Shown here: piece after piece, positions 18,885 through 29,900 of the stretch
How the letters are laid out: every line of letters starts with the position of its first letter
How positions within the stretch are numbered: position 1 is the first letter of the stretch
Assembly (NCBI GenBank): GCA_963851265.1
Contig: CAWKNZ010000008.1
Location: 96,001-160,000, forward strand
Direction of reading: 5' to 3'
Length of the DNA stretch: 64,000 bases
DNA from: an uncultured Gemmatimonadales bacterium
Lineage (GTDB): Bacteria; Gemmatimonadota; Gemmatimonadetes; Gemmatimonadales; Gemmatimonadaceae
Position numbers and translations under genes: made by a program
Notes under the pieces: model-generated
Database searches by the model: none
Told to the model about the DNA's origin: nothing
The model's input: the letters and a program-made list of their open reading frames with translations, nothing else

Positions 18885-19490
18885 TCAGGCCGCCCGCGTC
18901 GCGCACGGCCGGGGGGCACCCGCCCGTTCCGCGCCGGCGGGGTCCTCCTCGAGCGCCCGCTGCAGCCAGGCGCGCGCGAACCGCCAGTCGCGCTGCACCG
19001 TCGCCGTGCCGACGCCGAGCGCGGCGGCGGTCTCCTCGACCGAGAGGCCGGCGAAGTATCGGCACTCGACGACGCGCGCCTGGCGCGGGTTGAGCTGCCC
19101 GAGGCGGGCGAGCGCCTCGTCGAGCGCCAGCACCTGCTCGGGGCGCGCGGGCGCCGTCGCGCCGAGTTCGTCGTCGAGCGTCACCGCCCACGCCCCGCCG
19201 CCGCGTTTGGCCGCGACGCGGGCCTCGGCGGCGTTGACCAGCAGCTGCCGCATCGCGCGCGCCGCCGTGTTGAGGAAGTGCTCGCGGCTCATCCATCCGC
19301 CGCTCCCGCGCAGCTTGAGGTATGCCTCGTGGACGAGGCCCGTCGTGCTCAGGGTGCGCGGCGCGCCCTGGCGGCGCACGCCGTGCGCGCGGCGGTGGAG
19401 TTCTGCGTAACAGGCGACGAAAAGCGCGTCTGCCGACGACGGGGCCGAGTACTCGACGGCCTGGTGTTGGGCGATGGCCACGGGATTCAT
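18885..19490 (-). CDS. ECF RNA polymerase sigma factor (TIGR02999/ECF43-like)
   Basis: YAELHRRA, TLSTTGLVHEAYLKL, AMRQLLV..A....AAKRGGG, VVECRYFAGLS.EETA, RDWRFARAWL. Confidence 0.9.
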   Translation of the reverse strand: MNPVAIAQHQAVEYSAPSSADALFVACYAELHRRAHGVRRQGAPRTLSTTGLVHEAYLKLRGSGGWMSREHFLNTAARAMRQLLVNAAEARVAAKRGGGAWAVTLDDELGATAPARPEQVLALDEALARLGQLNPRQARVVECRYFAGLSVEETAAALGVGTATVQRDWRFARAWLQRALEEDPAGAERAGAPRPCATRAA

Positions 19491-20074
19491 AGGCGCGGCG
19501 GGGAACGCAGCAGAACGGGCGGGGGGGGGACGGGGCTGCTACAGTACGACCTGTCGCGGGGGCGCGCCATACGTGGCAGGGCGCGTCATCGCGGTGTGCG
19601 ACATCGCCGGCGCCCCAGCCGGCGGGCGCGCGGCCGTTGCGCACGCTCGCCGGTGCAGCCGGCTCTCCTCTACTATGCGGAATCGGGCCGCAAACCGGCT
19701 CACGAGTGGGTCCGCGACGTGCCGCCGGGTTCCTCGCGCAACGATCCGATTTGCCGTGCCGACGCCCGATAACGTGCGATGTGACAAGAACACGACGCTG
19801 CCGCGTTCCGGCGGGCGGAGCGGCGCGTCCGGCGCGCAGACTCGCCGCATTCGACCGCGGCCCGTGCGTGCCCACGACCGGCCGCGGGCGCGACGCTCCT
19901 CACGACGTCGAGGGTCTTCCCCGCCCCACGACGCGGCTGCCCGACCACGCCCGGGCGCGCGCCGGGCCCGACGCCGGGCCGGCCGGTCGAGCGCCGCCGC
20001 TAGCTTCGACCGCGCGCGATGCACACCGGACATCACGCCGCGCACGCGCCGCACGCCCCCCCGCCGCCCCCGAC

Positions 20075-22222
20075 ATGCTCCGATCGATCACCGCGGCCCG
20101 CGCGGCCGCACGCCGCGCCGCGCCGTTGCTCGCCGCGATGACGCTCGTGGCCCTCCGAACCGCAGGTGCGCAGTCGCTGCACCCGTCGACGTCGCCCGCA
20201 CCGGCGGCGGCCGGCCCGGCGGGTGACTGGCCCGTGTATGGCGGCGGCGACGATCACTCGCACTACACCACGCTCGACCAGATCTCGCCGGCGAACGTGC
20301 GGCACCTGAAGGTCGCGTGGACCTACGCGACGCACGACGAGTTCTCCGGCTCGGAGATGCAGGCGAATCCCGTCGTCGTCGACGGGGTGCTGTACGCGAC
20401 CACGCCCAAGCTGCAGGTGTTCGCGCTCGACGCCGCGACCGGGAAGGAGCGCTGGCGCTTCGACCCGAACAACGGCGTCCCGCCGACGTCACGCATCCGC
20501 CACCGCGGCGTCGTCGTCACCGGCGACCGCGTGCTCTTCAACTACCGCAACCGCCTGTACGCCCTCGACCGTGCGACCGGACGGCCGATCCGCACCTTCG
20601 GCGACAGCGGATGGGTGGACCTGCGCGCCGGGCTCGGGCGCCCCGTCGAGGGCCTGTCGGTCTCGGCGAGCACGCCGGGGGTCGTGTTCGAGGACCTGCT
20701 CATCATGGGGAGCACCGTCCCCGAAGTCCTGCCCAGCGCGCCCGGCGACATCCGCGCGTACGACATCCACACCGGCGCGCTGCGCTGGAGCTTCCACACC
20801 ATCCCACACCCGGGCGAGTTCGGGTACGAGACGTGGCCGCCTAACGCCTGGACGATCAGCGGCGGCGTCAACGCCTGGGCGGGCGTGACGCTCGACCGCC
20901 GGCGCGGCGTGGTGTACGCCGCGACCGGCTCGGCGTCGTACGACTTCTACGGCGCGAACCGCGTCGGCGACGACCTGTTCGCCAACACGGTTCTCGCGCT
21001 CGACGCGCGTACCGGCAAGCGCATCTGGCACTACCAGGTGCTGCGGCACGACCTGTGGGACCGCGACCTGCCGGCCGCGCCGGTGCTCGTGACCGTGCGG
21101 CGCGACGGCCGGCCGGTCGACGCCGTCGCGCAGATCACCAAGACGGGGCACGTCTACGTGCTGGACCGCGACACGGGCGCGCCGCTCTTCCCCGTCGAGG
21201 AGCGCCCGATGCCGCCGGCCGTCCTCCCGGGCGAGCGCACGGCCGCGACGCAGCACTTCCCCCTGCGGCCGCCGCCGTTCACGCGCCAGCGGCTGACGCG
21301 CGCCGACCTCACCACGCGCACGCCGGCGGCGCACGCGGCCGCGCTCAAGCTGTTCGACGCGTACGGCACGCGGCACCCCTACGACCCGCCCAACCTGCAC
21401 GGCACGATCATCTTCCCGGGCGTCGACGGCGGCGGCGAGTGGGGCGGGCCGGCGTTCGACCCGACGACGGGACTGCTCTACGTGAACGCGAACGAGATGG
21501 CGTGGCTGCTCAAGCTCGTGCCGCGGAGCGACCGGTCGCTCTACGCGGCGAACTGCGCCAACTGCCACGGCGCCGACCGGCAGGGGACGGCGATGGCGCC
21601 GTCGCTCGTCGCCGTCGGCGGCCGACGGACGCCGGCGCAGATCACGCAGATCATCCGCGAGGGCACGGGGCGCATGCCGGCGTTCGGCAGCGCGCTCGAG
21701 GGGCGCGCCGTGGCCGACATCGTGAACTACCTGCGCACCGGCCACGACGCGTCGGTGGCGGCGGGCCCCGACCCGTTCGGCGTGCCGTACCGCACGGCGT
21801 ACTTCGACATCTTCTCCGACCCGGACGGCTACCCGGCGATCAAGCCGCCGTGGGGCACCCTCTCGGCGATCGACCTGAACGGCGGGACCATCCGCTGGTC
21901 GGTCCCGTTCGGCGAGTACCCCGCGCTCGCCGCGCGCGGCCTGCGCAACACCGGCAGCGACAACTACGGGGGCGCGATCGTCACCGAGAACGGCCTGCTC
22001 CTCATCGGCGCGACGACGCACGACAACACCTTCCGCGCGTTCGACAAACGCACGGGACGCCTGCTCTGGTCCGCCCCGCTCCCCGCCGCCGGCAACGCCA
22101 CGCCGGCCACCTACATGGCCGGCGGCCGGCAGTACGTCGTGATCGCCTGCGGCGGCGGCAAGAACGGCGCGCCGAGCGGCGGGACCTACGTCGCGTTCGC
22201 GCTGCCCGACGGCGCGCGTTAG
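20075..22222 (+). CDS. PQQ-dependent dehydrogenase (quinoprotein glucose dehydrogenase-like) with an internal cytochrome c domain
   Basis: Signal peptide, DWPVYGG, PQQ beta-propeller W motifs, HDLWDRDLP, GGGEWGG, CANCH heme motif, PPWGTL. Confidence 0.88.
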   Translation: MLRSITAARAAARRAAPLLAAMTLVALRTAGAQSLHPSTSPAPAAAGPAGDWPVYGGGDDHSHYTTLDQISPANVRHLKVAWTYATHDEFSGSEMQANPVVVDGVLYATTPKLQVFALDAATGKERWRFDPNNGVPPTSRIRHRGVVVTGDRVLFNYRNRLYALDRATGRPIRTFGDSGWVDLRAGLGRPVEGLSVSASTPGVVFEDLLIMGSTVPEVLPSAPGDIRAYDIHTGALRWSFHTIPHPGEFGYETWPPNAWTISGGVNAWAGVTLDRRRGVVYAATGSASYDFYGANRVGDDLFANTVLALDARTGKRIWHYQVLRHDLWDRDLPAAPVLVTVRRDGRPVDAVAQITKTGHVYVLDRDTGAPLFPVEERPMPPAVLPGERTAATQHFPLRPPPFTRQRLTRADLTTRTPAAHAAALKLFDAYGTRHPYDPPNLHGTIIFPGVDGGGEWGGPAFDPTTGLLYVNANEMAWLLKLVPRSDRSLYAANCANCHGADRQGTAMAPSLVAVGGRRTPAQITQIIREGTGRMPAFGSALEGRAVADIVNYLRTGHDASVAAGPDPFGVPYRTAYFDIFSDPDGYPAIKPPWGTLSAIDLNGGTIRWSVPFGEYPALAARGLRNTGSDNYGGAIVTENGLLLIGATTHDNTFRAFDKRTGRLLWSAPLPAAGNATPATYMAGGRQYVVIACGGGKNGAPSGGTYVAFALPDGAR

Positions 22223-25200
22223 GCGCCGGGCGCCGGCCGGGCGTCGACGGCCGGCACGTCGAGTTCCCGGAGGAGCCGGTTGAACGCGGCGACGTCGCCG
22301 GCCTCGAGCGCGCGCAGGCGGCCGAGCTGCGCGTCGACCTTCCCGGCCAGCTCCGCGTAGACCTGCAGCGACTGCGCGGTCGGCCCGCGGTCGAAGCTGT
22401 GGACGTTGCGGTTGGCGGTGAGCAATTGGTTGTACAGCGCGACCGGGTAGTGCAGGGTGATCTGGTCGGCGTGCGAGTTCACGTCGGCGAGCGCGCTCCG
22501 CACCGCCTCGAGTTGCGCCCGCAGCGGCTGCGCGGCCGCGGCGACCCGCGCCGCGTACGGCCGCGCGTGCGTCTGCTCGACGCGCGCCCCGAGTTGCGCC
22601 TGCATGGCCTCGATGCGGCGCACCGCGTCGGCGAGCTCGTTCACCTTGTCGACGGTGCGCCGCGTGAGGTCGAACGTCGCCGCGTGCTCGGCGGCGGAGG
22701 CGCCCACGCGCGGGTCGTCGACGACGCGCAGCGGCTGCGTCTGCGGCCGGCCGTCGACCGTCAGGCGCACGGCGTACGCCCCGGGTACCGCCGTCGCGCC
22801 GGCGTACGTTCCCTCGTCGTTCACCACGTCCTTGAGCGCCCGCACGCCGGCGTAGCGCAGGTCCCACACGAAGCGGTTGAGCCCCGCCCGCGCGGGCACG
22901 ACCGAGTCCGCCGGGGCGTAGCTCGCGCTGTCCGACTCGACGCGGCGCCGCTGCGACGACTGCCCCGTGGTATCGTAGGCGGTAAGGCGCGCGAGCGAGT
23001 CGGCCGCCGTGTACGCCCTGGCCGACGTGCCCGACGAGTCGCGGCCGCCCCCGCGCGTCGTCGCGGCCCGGCCGGCCGAGTCGTGGCTCGTGTAGGTCCG
23101 AATCACCGCGCCCGCGGCGTCGAGGAACTCGAGCCGGATGGGGGTCTTCGGCCGTTCGCGCAGCCAGTAGTCGACGTACGCGCCGGCGGGCGGGTTCTCC
23201 CCCGCGTCGCCCTCGGCGCGCCGCGACCGGCCGGCCGCGAAGCGCACCGCCGTGGCCGGGGCGAACAGGTGCGCCGGCTCGGCACGCACGGCGTCGGTCA
23301 TCTGGCGCAGCGGCGCGATGTCGTCCATCACCCAGAAGGCGCGCCCGTGCGTCGCCGCGATGAGGTCGTTGTCCTTGACCGCCAGGTCGCGCACGCTCAC
23401 GCGCGGCAGGTTGAGCTGCAGCGGCCGCCAGCGCGCGCCGTCGTCGAACGACACGAAGACGCCGGTCTCGGTGCCCGCGAAGAGCAGCCCGCGCCGCCGC
23501 GGGTCCTCGCGCACGGCGCGCGCATAGCTGCCGGCCGGGATGCCGGCGTCGATGCGCGTCCAGCTGCGGCCGTAGTCGGTCGTGCGCAGCAGGTACGGGC
23601 GGAAGTCGTCCTGCTGGTAGCGGTTGGCCGCGATGTACGCGGTGCCCGGGTCGAAGTGGCTCGGCTCGACGACGCTCATCTTCGTGAACGGGCCCAGGCC
23701 GGGCGGGGTGACGTCCTGCCAGGTCACGCCGCCGTCGCGCGTGAGGTGCACGAGCCCGTCGTCGCTCCCCGCCCAGATCAGCCCCTTCGTCAGCGGCGAC
23801 TCGGCCACGGCGAACGCCATCGCGTACCACTCCGTGCCGGTCATGTCGCCGTGAATCGGGCCGCCCGAGCGCCCGAGCGTGCGCGGGTCGGCGCGCGCGA
23901 GGTCGGGCGAGATCCGCTCCCACGAGTTGCCCCCGTTGGTCGAGCGGAAGAGGTACTGGGCCGCGGCGTAGAGCGTCTTGGGGTCGTGCGGCGAGAAGAA
24001 GAGCGGGAAGGTCCACGCGAACCGGTAGGGCACGTCCTTCGCCGCCCACCCGTCGTAGTTGTCGAGCCAGACCGCGACGTTGCGCGACTGGTTGGTGCGG
24101 CGGTCGTGGCGCCAGATCTCGCCCATGTAGCCGCCGCCGTAGGTGACGTTCGGGTCGGTCGGGTCGACGGCGATGTACGCGCTCTCGCCGCCGGCCACGG
24201 GCCACCAGTCCTGCCGCGTGATCGCGCCGTTGTCCGACCGGCTGGCGATCGACACGGTGGTGTTGTCCTGCTGCGCGCCGTAGATGCGGTAGGGGAACTG
24301 GTCGTCGGTGGTGACGTGGTAGAACTGCGACGTCGGCTGATTGTAGATGCTCGACCAACTCGCGCCGCCGTCGTAGCTGACCGTCGCGCCGCCGTCGTTG
24401 CCGTGGACGAGGCGCCGCGGGTCGCTCGGGTCGACCCAGAGCACGTGCGTGTCGCCGTGCGGCACGGCGACGCGCGCCCACGTGCGCCCGCCGTCGACCG
24501 AATGCCAGGTGCCTAACGTGTTGACGTACACGCCGTTCTCGTCGCGCGGGTCGGCCGTGACGCCCGAGTAGTACCACGCGCGCACCTGCCAGCGCTGGTC
24601 GCCGTTGACGCGCTGCCAGGTCGCGCCGGCGTCGTCGGAGCGGAAGATGCCGCCGCGCGGCTGCCCGGCGGAGTCGGGCGCCTCGACCGCGGCGTACACG
24701 CGGCGCGGGTTGGCCGGCGAGACCGCGACGCCGATGCGGCCGAGCGCCGTGTTGGGCAGGCCCGGGTTGGCGCTGACGTCGGCCCACGTGTCGCCGCCGT
24801 CGGTCGACTTCCAGAGGCCGCTCCGCCCGCCGCCGGCGCGCATCCCCCACGGCAGGCGCTGGACCCGCCACATCGCCGCGAACAGCACGCGCGGGTTGCT
24901 CGGGTCCATCGCGAGGTCGACCGCGCCCGTCGAGTCGTCGACGAACAACACCTGCTTCCACGTCCTGCCGCCGTCGGTGGTGCGGTAGACGCCGCGCTCG
25001 CGGTTGGGCCCGAAGGCGTGCCCGATCGCGGCCACGTAGGCCACGTCGGGGTCGCGCGGGTGGACGCGCACCGCGCCGATCTGCTGCGTGCCCGCCAGCC
25101 CGAGGTGCTGCCACGTCTCGCCGCCGTCCGTCGTGCGATACACGCCGGTACCGTAGGTCACGTCCTCGCGCAGCCCCGACTCGCCCGTGCCCACCCAGAT

Positions 25201-25581
25201 CACGTTCGGGTCGCTCGGCGCCACCGCGATCGCGCCGACCGACGCGATCTCGGGTGCGTTGCCGCGCACCCGGAAGTCGGAGACGTTCTGCCACGACTGC
25301 CCGCCGTTCGTGGTCTTCCACACGCCGCCGTCGACCGCGCCGAAGTAGAACACGCGCGGGTCGGTGTACGAGCCCGACACGGCGACGACGCGCCCGCCGC
25401 GGAACGGCCCGATGTTGCGCCAGCGCAGCGAGCGGAACTCCGACGCGCCCGGGCGCCGTGCGCTGTCGTCGGGGGCGGACGCGGACGCGCGGACGCGCTG
25501 CGCCCCCGCGTCGGCGGCTGGGACGGCGAGCAGGGCGCACAGCCCGGCGATGCCGGCGAGCGGACGGAGCATGACGGGCAT
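22219..25581 (-). CDS. Secreted VPS10/sortilin-like BNR-repeat glycosyl hydrolase
   Basis: WRNIGPFRGGR, many S/T-x-D-G-G-x-T-W Asp-boxes, GAQQDN, ATHGR; signal peptide. Confidence 0.88.
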   Translation of the reverse strand: MPVMLRPLAGIAGLCALLAVPAADAGAQRVRASASAPDDSARRPGASEFRSLRWRNIGPFRGGRVVAVSGSYTDPRVFYFGAVDGGVWKTTNGGQSWQNVSDFRVRGNAPEIASVGAIAVAPSDPNVIWVGTGESGLREDVTYGTGVYRTTDGGETWQHLGLAGTQQIGAVRVHPRDPDVAYVAAIGHAFGPNRERGVYRTTDGGRTWKQVLFVDDSTGAVDLAMDPSNPRVLFAAMWRVQRLPWGMRAGGGRSGLWKSTDGGDTWADVSANPGLPNTALGRIGVAVSPANPRRVYAAVEAPDSAGQPRGGIFRSDDAGATWQRVNGDQRWQVRAWYYSGVTADPRDENGVYVNTLGTWHSVDGGRTWARVAVPHGDTHVLWVDPSDPRRLVHGNDGGATVSYDGGASWSSIYNQPTSQFYHVTTDDQFPYRIYGAQQDNTTVSIASRSDNGAITRQDWWPVAGGESAYIAVDPTDPNVTYGGGYMGEIWRHDRRTNQSRNVAVWLDNYDGWAAKDVPYRFAWTFPLFFSPHDPKTLYAAAQYLFRSTNGGNSWERISPDLARADPRTLGRSGGPIHGDMTGTEWYAMAFAVAESPLTKGLIWAGSDDGLVHLTRDGGVTWQDVTPPGLGPFTKMSVVEPSHFDPGTAYIAANRYQQDDFRPYLLRTTDYGRSWTRIDAGIPAGSYARAVREDPRRRGLLFAGTETGVFVSFDDGARWRPLQLNLPRVSVRDLAVKDNDLIAATHGRAFWVMDDIAPLRQMTDAVRAEPAHLFAPATAVRFAAGRSRRAEGDAGENPPAGAYVDYWLRERPKTPIRLEFLDAAGAVIRTYTSHDSAGRAATTRGGGRDSSGTSARAYTAADSLARLTAYDTTGQSSQRRRVESDSASYAPADSVVPARAGLNRFVWDLRYAGVRALKDVVNDEGTYAGATAVPGAYAVRLTVDGRPQTQPLRVVDDPRVGASAAEHAATFDLTRRTVDKVNELADAVRRIEAMQAQLGARVEQTHARPYAARVAAAAQPLRAQLEAVRSALADVNSHADQITLHYPVALYNQLLTANRNVHSFDRGPTAQSLQVYAELAGKVDAQLGRLRALEAGDVAAFNRLLRELDVPAVDARPAPGA

Positions 25582-25647
25582 CGGCGATTCGTTGGCGGGA
25601 GAGGGGCCGGAGCTTCGGTACGAACGGGACCGACGGGACGGACGCGA

Positions 25648-26949
25648 CTAACGGACCGGGGCGGGATCGCGCCGCACCACGCGCCCGTCCTTCATCACGA
25701 ACGCGACGCGCTCGGCGGCCTCGATCGTCTCCGACGGGTCGCCCGCGGTCGCGACGAGATCGGCCGCGAAGCCGGGCCGCACCTGACCGATCCGGTCCCC
25801 GAGTCCGAGCGAGCGCGCCGCGCGCGAGGTGGCGCTCACGACCGCGTCCATCGCGGGCTCGCCGCCGCGGCGCACGCGGCACACCAGCTCCTCCGCGTTG
25901 CGCCCGTGCGCGCCGGCGACGGCATCGGTGCCGAACACCAGCTGCAGCCCCGGCGTCGCGACCGCGTCGCGAATCCCGCGCTCGGCCAGCGGGAGCGCGC
26001 GCTCCATCGCCGCGAACCCGGCCGCGTTGTAGTTGCCGATCCCGTCGAACACCGGCCGGTTGTCGAGGTAGTTGCGGAAGACGAGCCCGCACTGCGGGTC
26101 GAAGTACGTCCCGCGGTCGGCCATCAGCCGCCGCGCGGCGTCGTCGGCGAACACGCCGTGCTCCACCTGCGTGCACCCCGCGCGGGCGGCCCGCGTCACG
26201 GCCTCGGCCGAGTGCGCGTGCACGAGGGCGCGCAGGCCCGACGCCCGCGCCTCGCCGCACGCGGCCGCGAGCTGCGCGTCGGACATCGTCGCGGTGCCGC
26301 CCTCGCGGATGCTCTTCGAGGCGAAGATCTTGATCAGGTCCGCGCCGTCGGCCTTGAAGCGGCGCACCGCCGCGCGCAGCGAGTCGGGGCTGCCGCCGCC
26401 GGTGCGTTCGTTGAGCGAGCCGAGCGAGGTGAGCACGCGCGGGCCCGGGATCGCGCCGCGGGCGATCGCGTCGCGCAGGGCGCGGTTCTCGGGCTCGCCG
26501 ACACTCTGCACGGTCGTGAAGCCCGCGCGCAGCGTGGCCCACGCGTTCGCCGCGCCGGCGAGCGCCTGGACGTCGGCGGGGTCGCCGTCGTCGGGCGTGT
26601 GCAGGCGACCGTGCGCGTTCACGTACCACGACAGGTGCACGTGCGTGTCGATGAGCCCCGGGAGGAGCGTGAGCGGCCCGAGGTCGACGCCGCCCGCGGG
26701 GAGCGGCCCGCGCGCCGGGCGTACCGCGGCGATGTCGCCGCCGACGACCACGACGTCCACGTTCTGCTGCCGCCCGCCGGTGCCGTCGAGCACGCGCGCG
26801 GCGCGCAGCACGACCGTGTCGCCGTCCGCGGCGAGCGGCGCGGGCCGCTGCGCGTGCAGCGCGGCGGCGCCCAGCGTGAGGCCTAACGCGGCGCCTATGG
26901 CGGCGCGGACGCGGGCCCCGGCGGCGCGCGCGAACCGCGGCACGCTCAA
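25648..26949 (-). CDS. Secreted metal-dependent amidohydrolase (imidazolonepropionase/prolidase-like)
   Basis: PGLIDTHVH, GFTTVQ, KIFAS, HAH, EHG, GTDA, G...PG..ADLV. Confidence 0.85.
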   Translation of the reverse strand: MSVPRFARAAGARVRAAIGAALGLTLGAAALHAQRPAPLAADGDTVVLRAARVLDGTGGRQQNVDVVVVGGDIAAVRPARGPLPAGGVDLGPLTLLPGLIDTHVHLSWYVNAHGRLHTPDDGDPADVQALAGAANAWATLRAGFTTVQSVGEPENRALRDAIARGAIPGPRVLTSLGSLNERTGGGSPDSLRAAVRRFKADGADLIKIFASKSIREGGTATMSDAQLAAACGEARASGLRALVHAHSAEAVTRAARAGCTQVEHGVFADDAARRLMADRGTYFDPQCGLVFRNYLDNRPVFDGIGNYNAAGFAAMERALPLAERGIRDAVATPGLQLVFGTDAVAGAHGRNAEELVCRVRRGGEPAMDAVVSATSRAARSLGLGDRIGQVRPGFAADLVATAGDPSETIEAAERVAFVMKDGRVVRRDPAPVR

Positions 26950-29900
26950 CGCTCCGCGCCGGTGACCGGCGGCAGGCCGTGCGAGACGACGGCGAGGTTG
27001 AGCGCGGCCACGTCGCCCGCGACGACCTGGTCGAGCGCGCGCAGCTCGCGGTCGAGTTCGGCGGAGAGCTCGCGGTAGACGACGTAGGCCGCGGCCGTCG
27101 GGCGCGCGTCGCCGGTCTCGACGCTGCGGCCGAGGGCGGCGAGTCGGTTGTTGAGCTTGATCGGGAAGTTGAGCGGGTCCTGGCCGCTCCGATTGCGGAC
27201 CTGGTAGAGGTGCTCCTCGACCGTCGCGAGGCGCGCCGCCGCGGCGCTCGCCGCGCGGGCGACGTCGGGCGCGTTCGCGCGCGCGGCGCGGTCGGCCGCC
27301 TGGCTGCGCAGGCGCCGGATGCGGAGGACGGCGTCGTTCGCCGCGGACACGCGGTCACGGATCTGCCGCGCGAGCGCGAACTGCGCCTGCAGGTCGGCCG
27401 CGGTCACGCCGGTGAGCCGCGGGTCGGCACGCACCGCGAGCGGGCGCGTTTCGGTGGCGCCGCCCGCCGTGACGCGCACCTGGTACGCGCCGGGCACGGC
27501 GAGCGGCCCCTCCTCGGGCGAGGCGCTCCAGAGCACCATGCATTCGAACTTCGTCGCGCCCGGGTAGCGCAGGTCCCACGTGAAGCGGTTGAGCCCCGCG
27601 CGGCCGGTCGGGCGCGCCACCGCGGGGCGGCGGCGCGGCGTCTCGCACCCGCTCGGCTGCATGATCGTGTCGCGCGTGGCGGCGCTCGAGGGCTCAGCCG
27701 CGGGGCGTCGGGCGAGGCTCGCGCTGTCGCGCTCGGCGGCCGCGCGCGACTCGGCGGAATCGCTGGCGTACTGCCCGCCGCCGGTGTACGCGCGGACGAC
27801 CTTCCCCGCGCGGTCGAGGATCTCGACGCGCACCGTGTCGGCGGGGCGCGCGAGCGCGTACTGGATGCTCGCCTCGGTCACGCCGCGCGTGGCGACGCCG
27901 GGCGTGAAGAGCTGGAGCGCGGCGGCCGGCGCCGACGCCGCGCGCGCCTCGCGGATCGGCGTCACGTCGTCGAGCACGTAGAGCGAGCGGCCGTGCGTCG
28001 CGACGACGAGGTCGCGCCCCTCGACCACGACGTCCGACACCTGCGTGTCGGGCAGCTTGAGCGAGAGCGACCGCCAGTTCGCCCCGTCGTCCCACGACAC
28101 GTAGATCCCGTGTTCCGTGCCGGCGTAGAGCAGCCCGGCGCGCACGGGGTCCTCGCGCACCGCGTGCACATAGTCATCGGCGCGGATCCCGCCGACGATC
28201 TTGGTCCACGTTCGGCCGAAGTCGTGCGTCCGGTACAGGTACGGCGCGCGGTCGTCCAGCAAGTAGTTCTTCGCGGCGAGGTACGCCGTGCCGGGCGCGT
28301 GGGGCGACGCGTCGATCAGGCTGACGCGCGCGAACTTGGGCAGGCCCGCGGGCGTCACGTCGGTCCACGTCCGCCCGCCGTCGCGCGTGACGTGCGCGAG
28401 GCCGTCGTCCGATCCCGTCCAGATCACGTTCGCGTCGCGCGGCGACGGCGCCACGGTGAAGATGGTGCCGTAGATCTCGGGGCCGTTCATGTCCTGCGTG
28501 ATCGGCCCGCCCGTCGGGCCGAGCGTCGCGGGGTCGGCGCGCGTGAGGTCGGGCGACATGCGCGTCCACGTCTGCCCCTCGTCGCGCGTGCGCCAGAGGT
28601 GCTGCGACGCGGTGTAGAGCGTGCGCGGGTCGACGGGCGAGAAGACGATCGGGTACGTCCACTGCCAGCGCTCGGGGAGCGCACTCGCCGGCTCGCCGGA
28701 GAAGAAGCGCGGGTACACCTGCACGTCGCGGATCTGCCCGTTGGACCGGTCGTAGCGCGTCAGCAGCGCGCCCTGGCTGCCGGCGTAGAAGACGTCGGGG
28801 TCGCGCGGGTCCGGCGCGATGTACCCGCTCTCGCCGCCGCCGACGTCGTACAGCCAGTCGCCGAGCGTGCGCGAGCGCGCGCCGCGCAGGTTGGCCCAGT
28901 CGTTGGAGGGCAGACAGAGCGTCGTGTTGTCCTGCTGGGCGCCGCACACGTGGTAGGGGAAGTGGCGCGTGGTCGCCACGTGGTAGAGCTGCGCGGTCGG
29001 GAAGGTCTGGTCCGTCCACGTCGCGCCGGCGTTCACGCTCACCGTGCCGCCGCCGTCGTTCGCCTCGATCATGCGCCGGTTGTCGTTAGGCGCGATCCAG
29101 AGGTCGTGGTTGTCGCCGTGCGGCACCGCGAGCGTGCTGTCGAAGTGCAGGCCGCCGTCGTCGGAGCGGAAGAAGTTCACGTTGAGCACGTACACGCGGT
29201 CCTTCACCTGCGGGTCCGCGGTGACGTGCGTGTAGTAGAAGGCGCGCTGCCGCAGCTTGCGCTCCTCGCTCGTGCGCCGCCACGACGCGCCCGCGTCGTC
29301 GGAGCGGTACACGCCGCCGTCGGCCGCTTCGACCACCGCGTACACGCGCCGGCCGTCGACCGGGGACACCGACACGCCGATGCGGCCGACCACCCCCGTC
29401 GGCATTCCCGGCGCGCGCGTGAGCTCCGTCCAGTGCTCGCCGCCGTCGGTGCTCTTGAACAGCCCGCTCCCGGGCCCCCCGCTCTCCATCTTGTAGCTGA
29501 TGCGGTACGCCTGCCAGAGGGCGGCGTAGAGCACGTTCGGGTCGCGCGCGTCCATCGAGAGGTCGATCGCGCCCGTCCGGTCGTCGCGGTAGAGCACCCT
29601 GCGCCAGTGCTGCCCGCCGTCGGTGCTCTTGAACACGCCGCGCTCGGCGTTGCGGCCGGCGGGGTGGCCGAAGGCGGCCACGTACACCACGTCCGGGTTG
29701 CGCGGGTCGACGCGGATCTTCGAAATGGCCTGCGTCTCGGCGAGGCCGACGTGCGTCCAGGTCTTGCCGCCGTCGGCGGAGCGGTACACGCCGTCGCCCT
29801 GCATGATGTTGCCGCGGATGCACGTCTCGCCCATCCCGATGTAGACCACGTCGGGGTTGGATTCCGACACCGCGACCGCGCCCACCGAACTCGATCGCAA

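Noticed and set aside
20489..27358. 2289-aa minus-strand ORF and many other long Arg/Ala/Pro-rich ORFs (e.g. 8499..11402, 21055..24516, 26979..30425, 42655..45588)
   Set aside because: Shadow frames of real genes in very high-GC DNA; no recognisable motifs.
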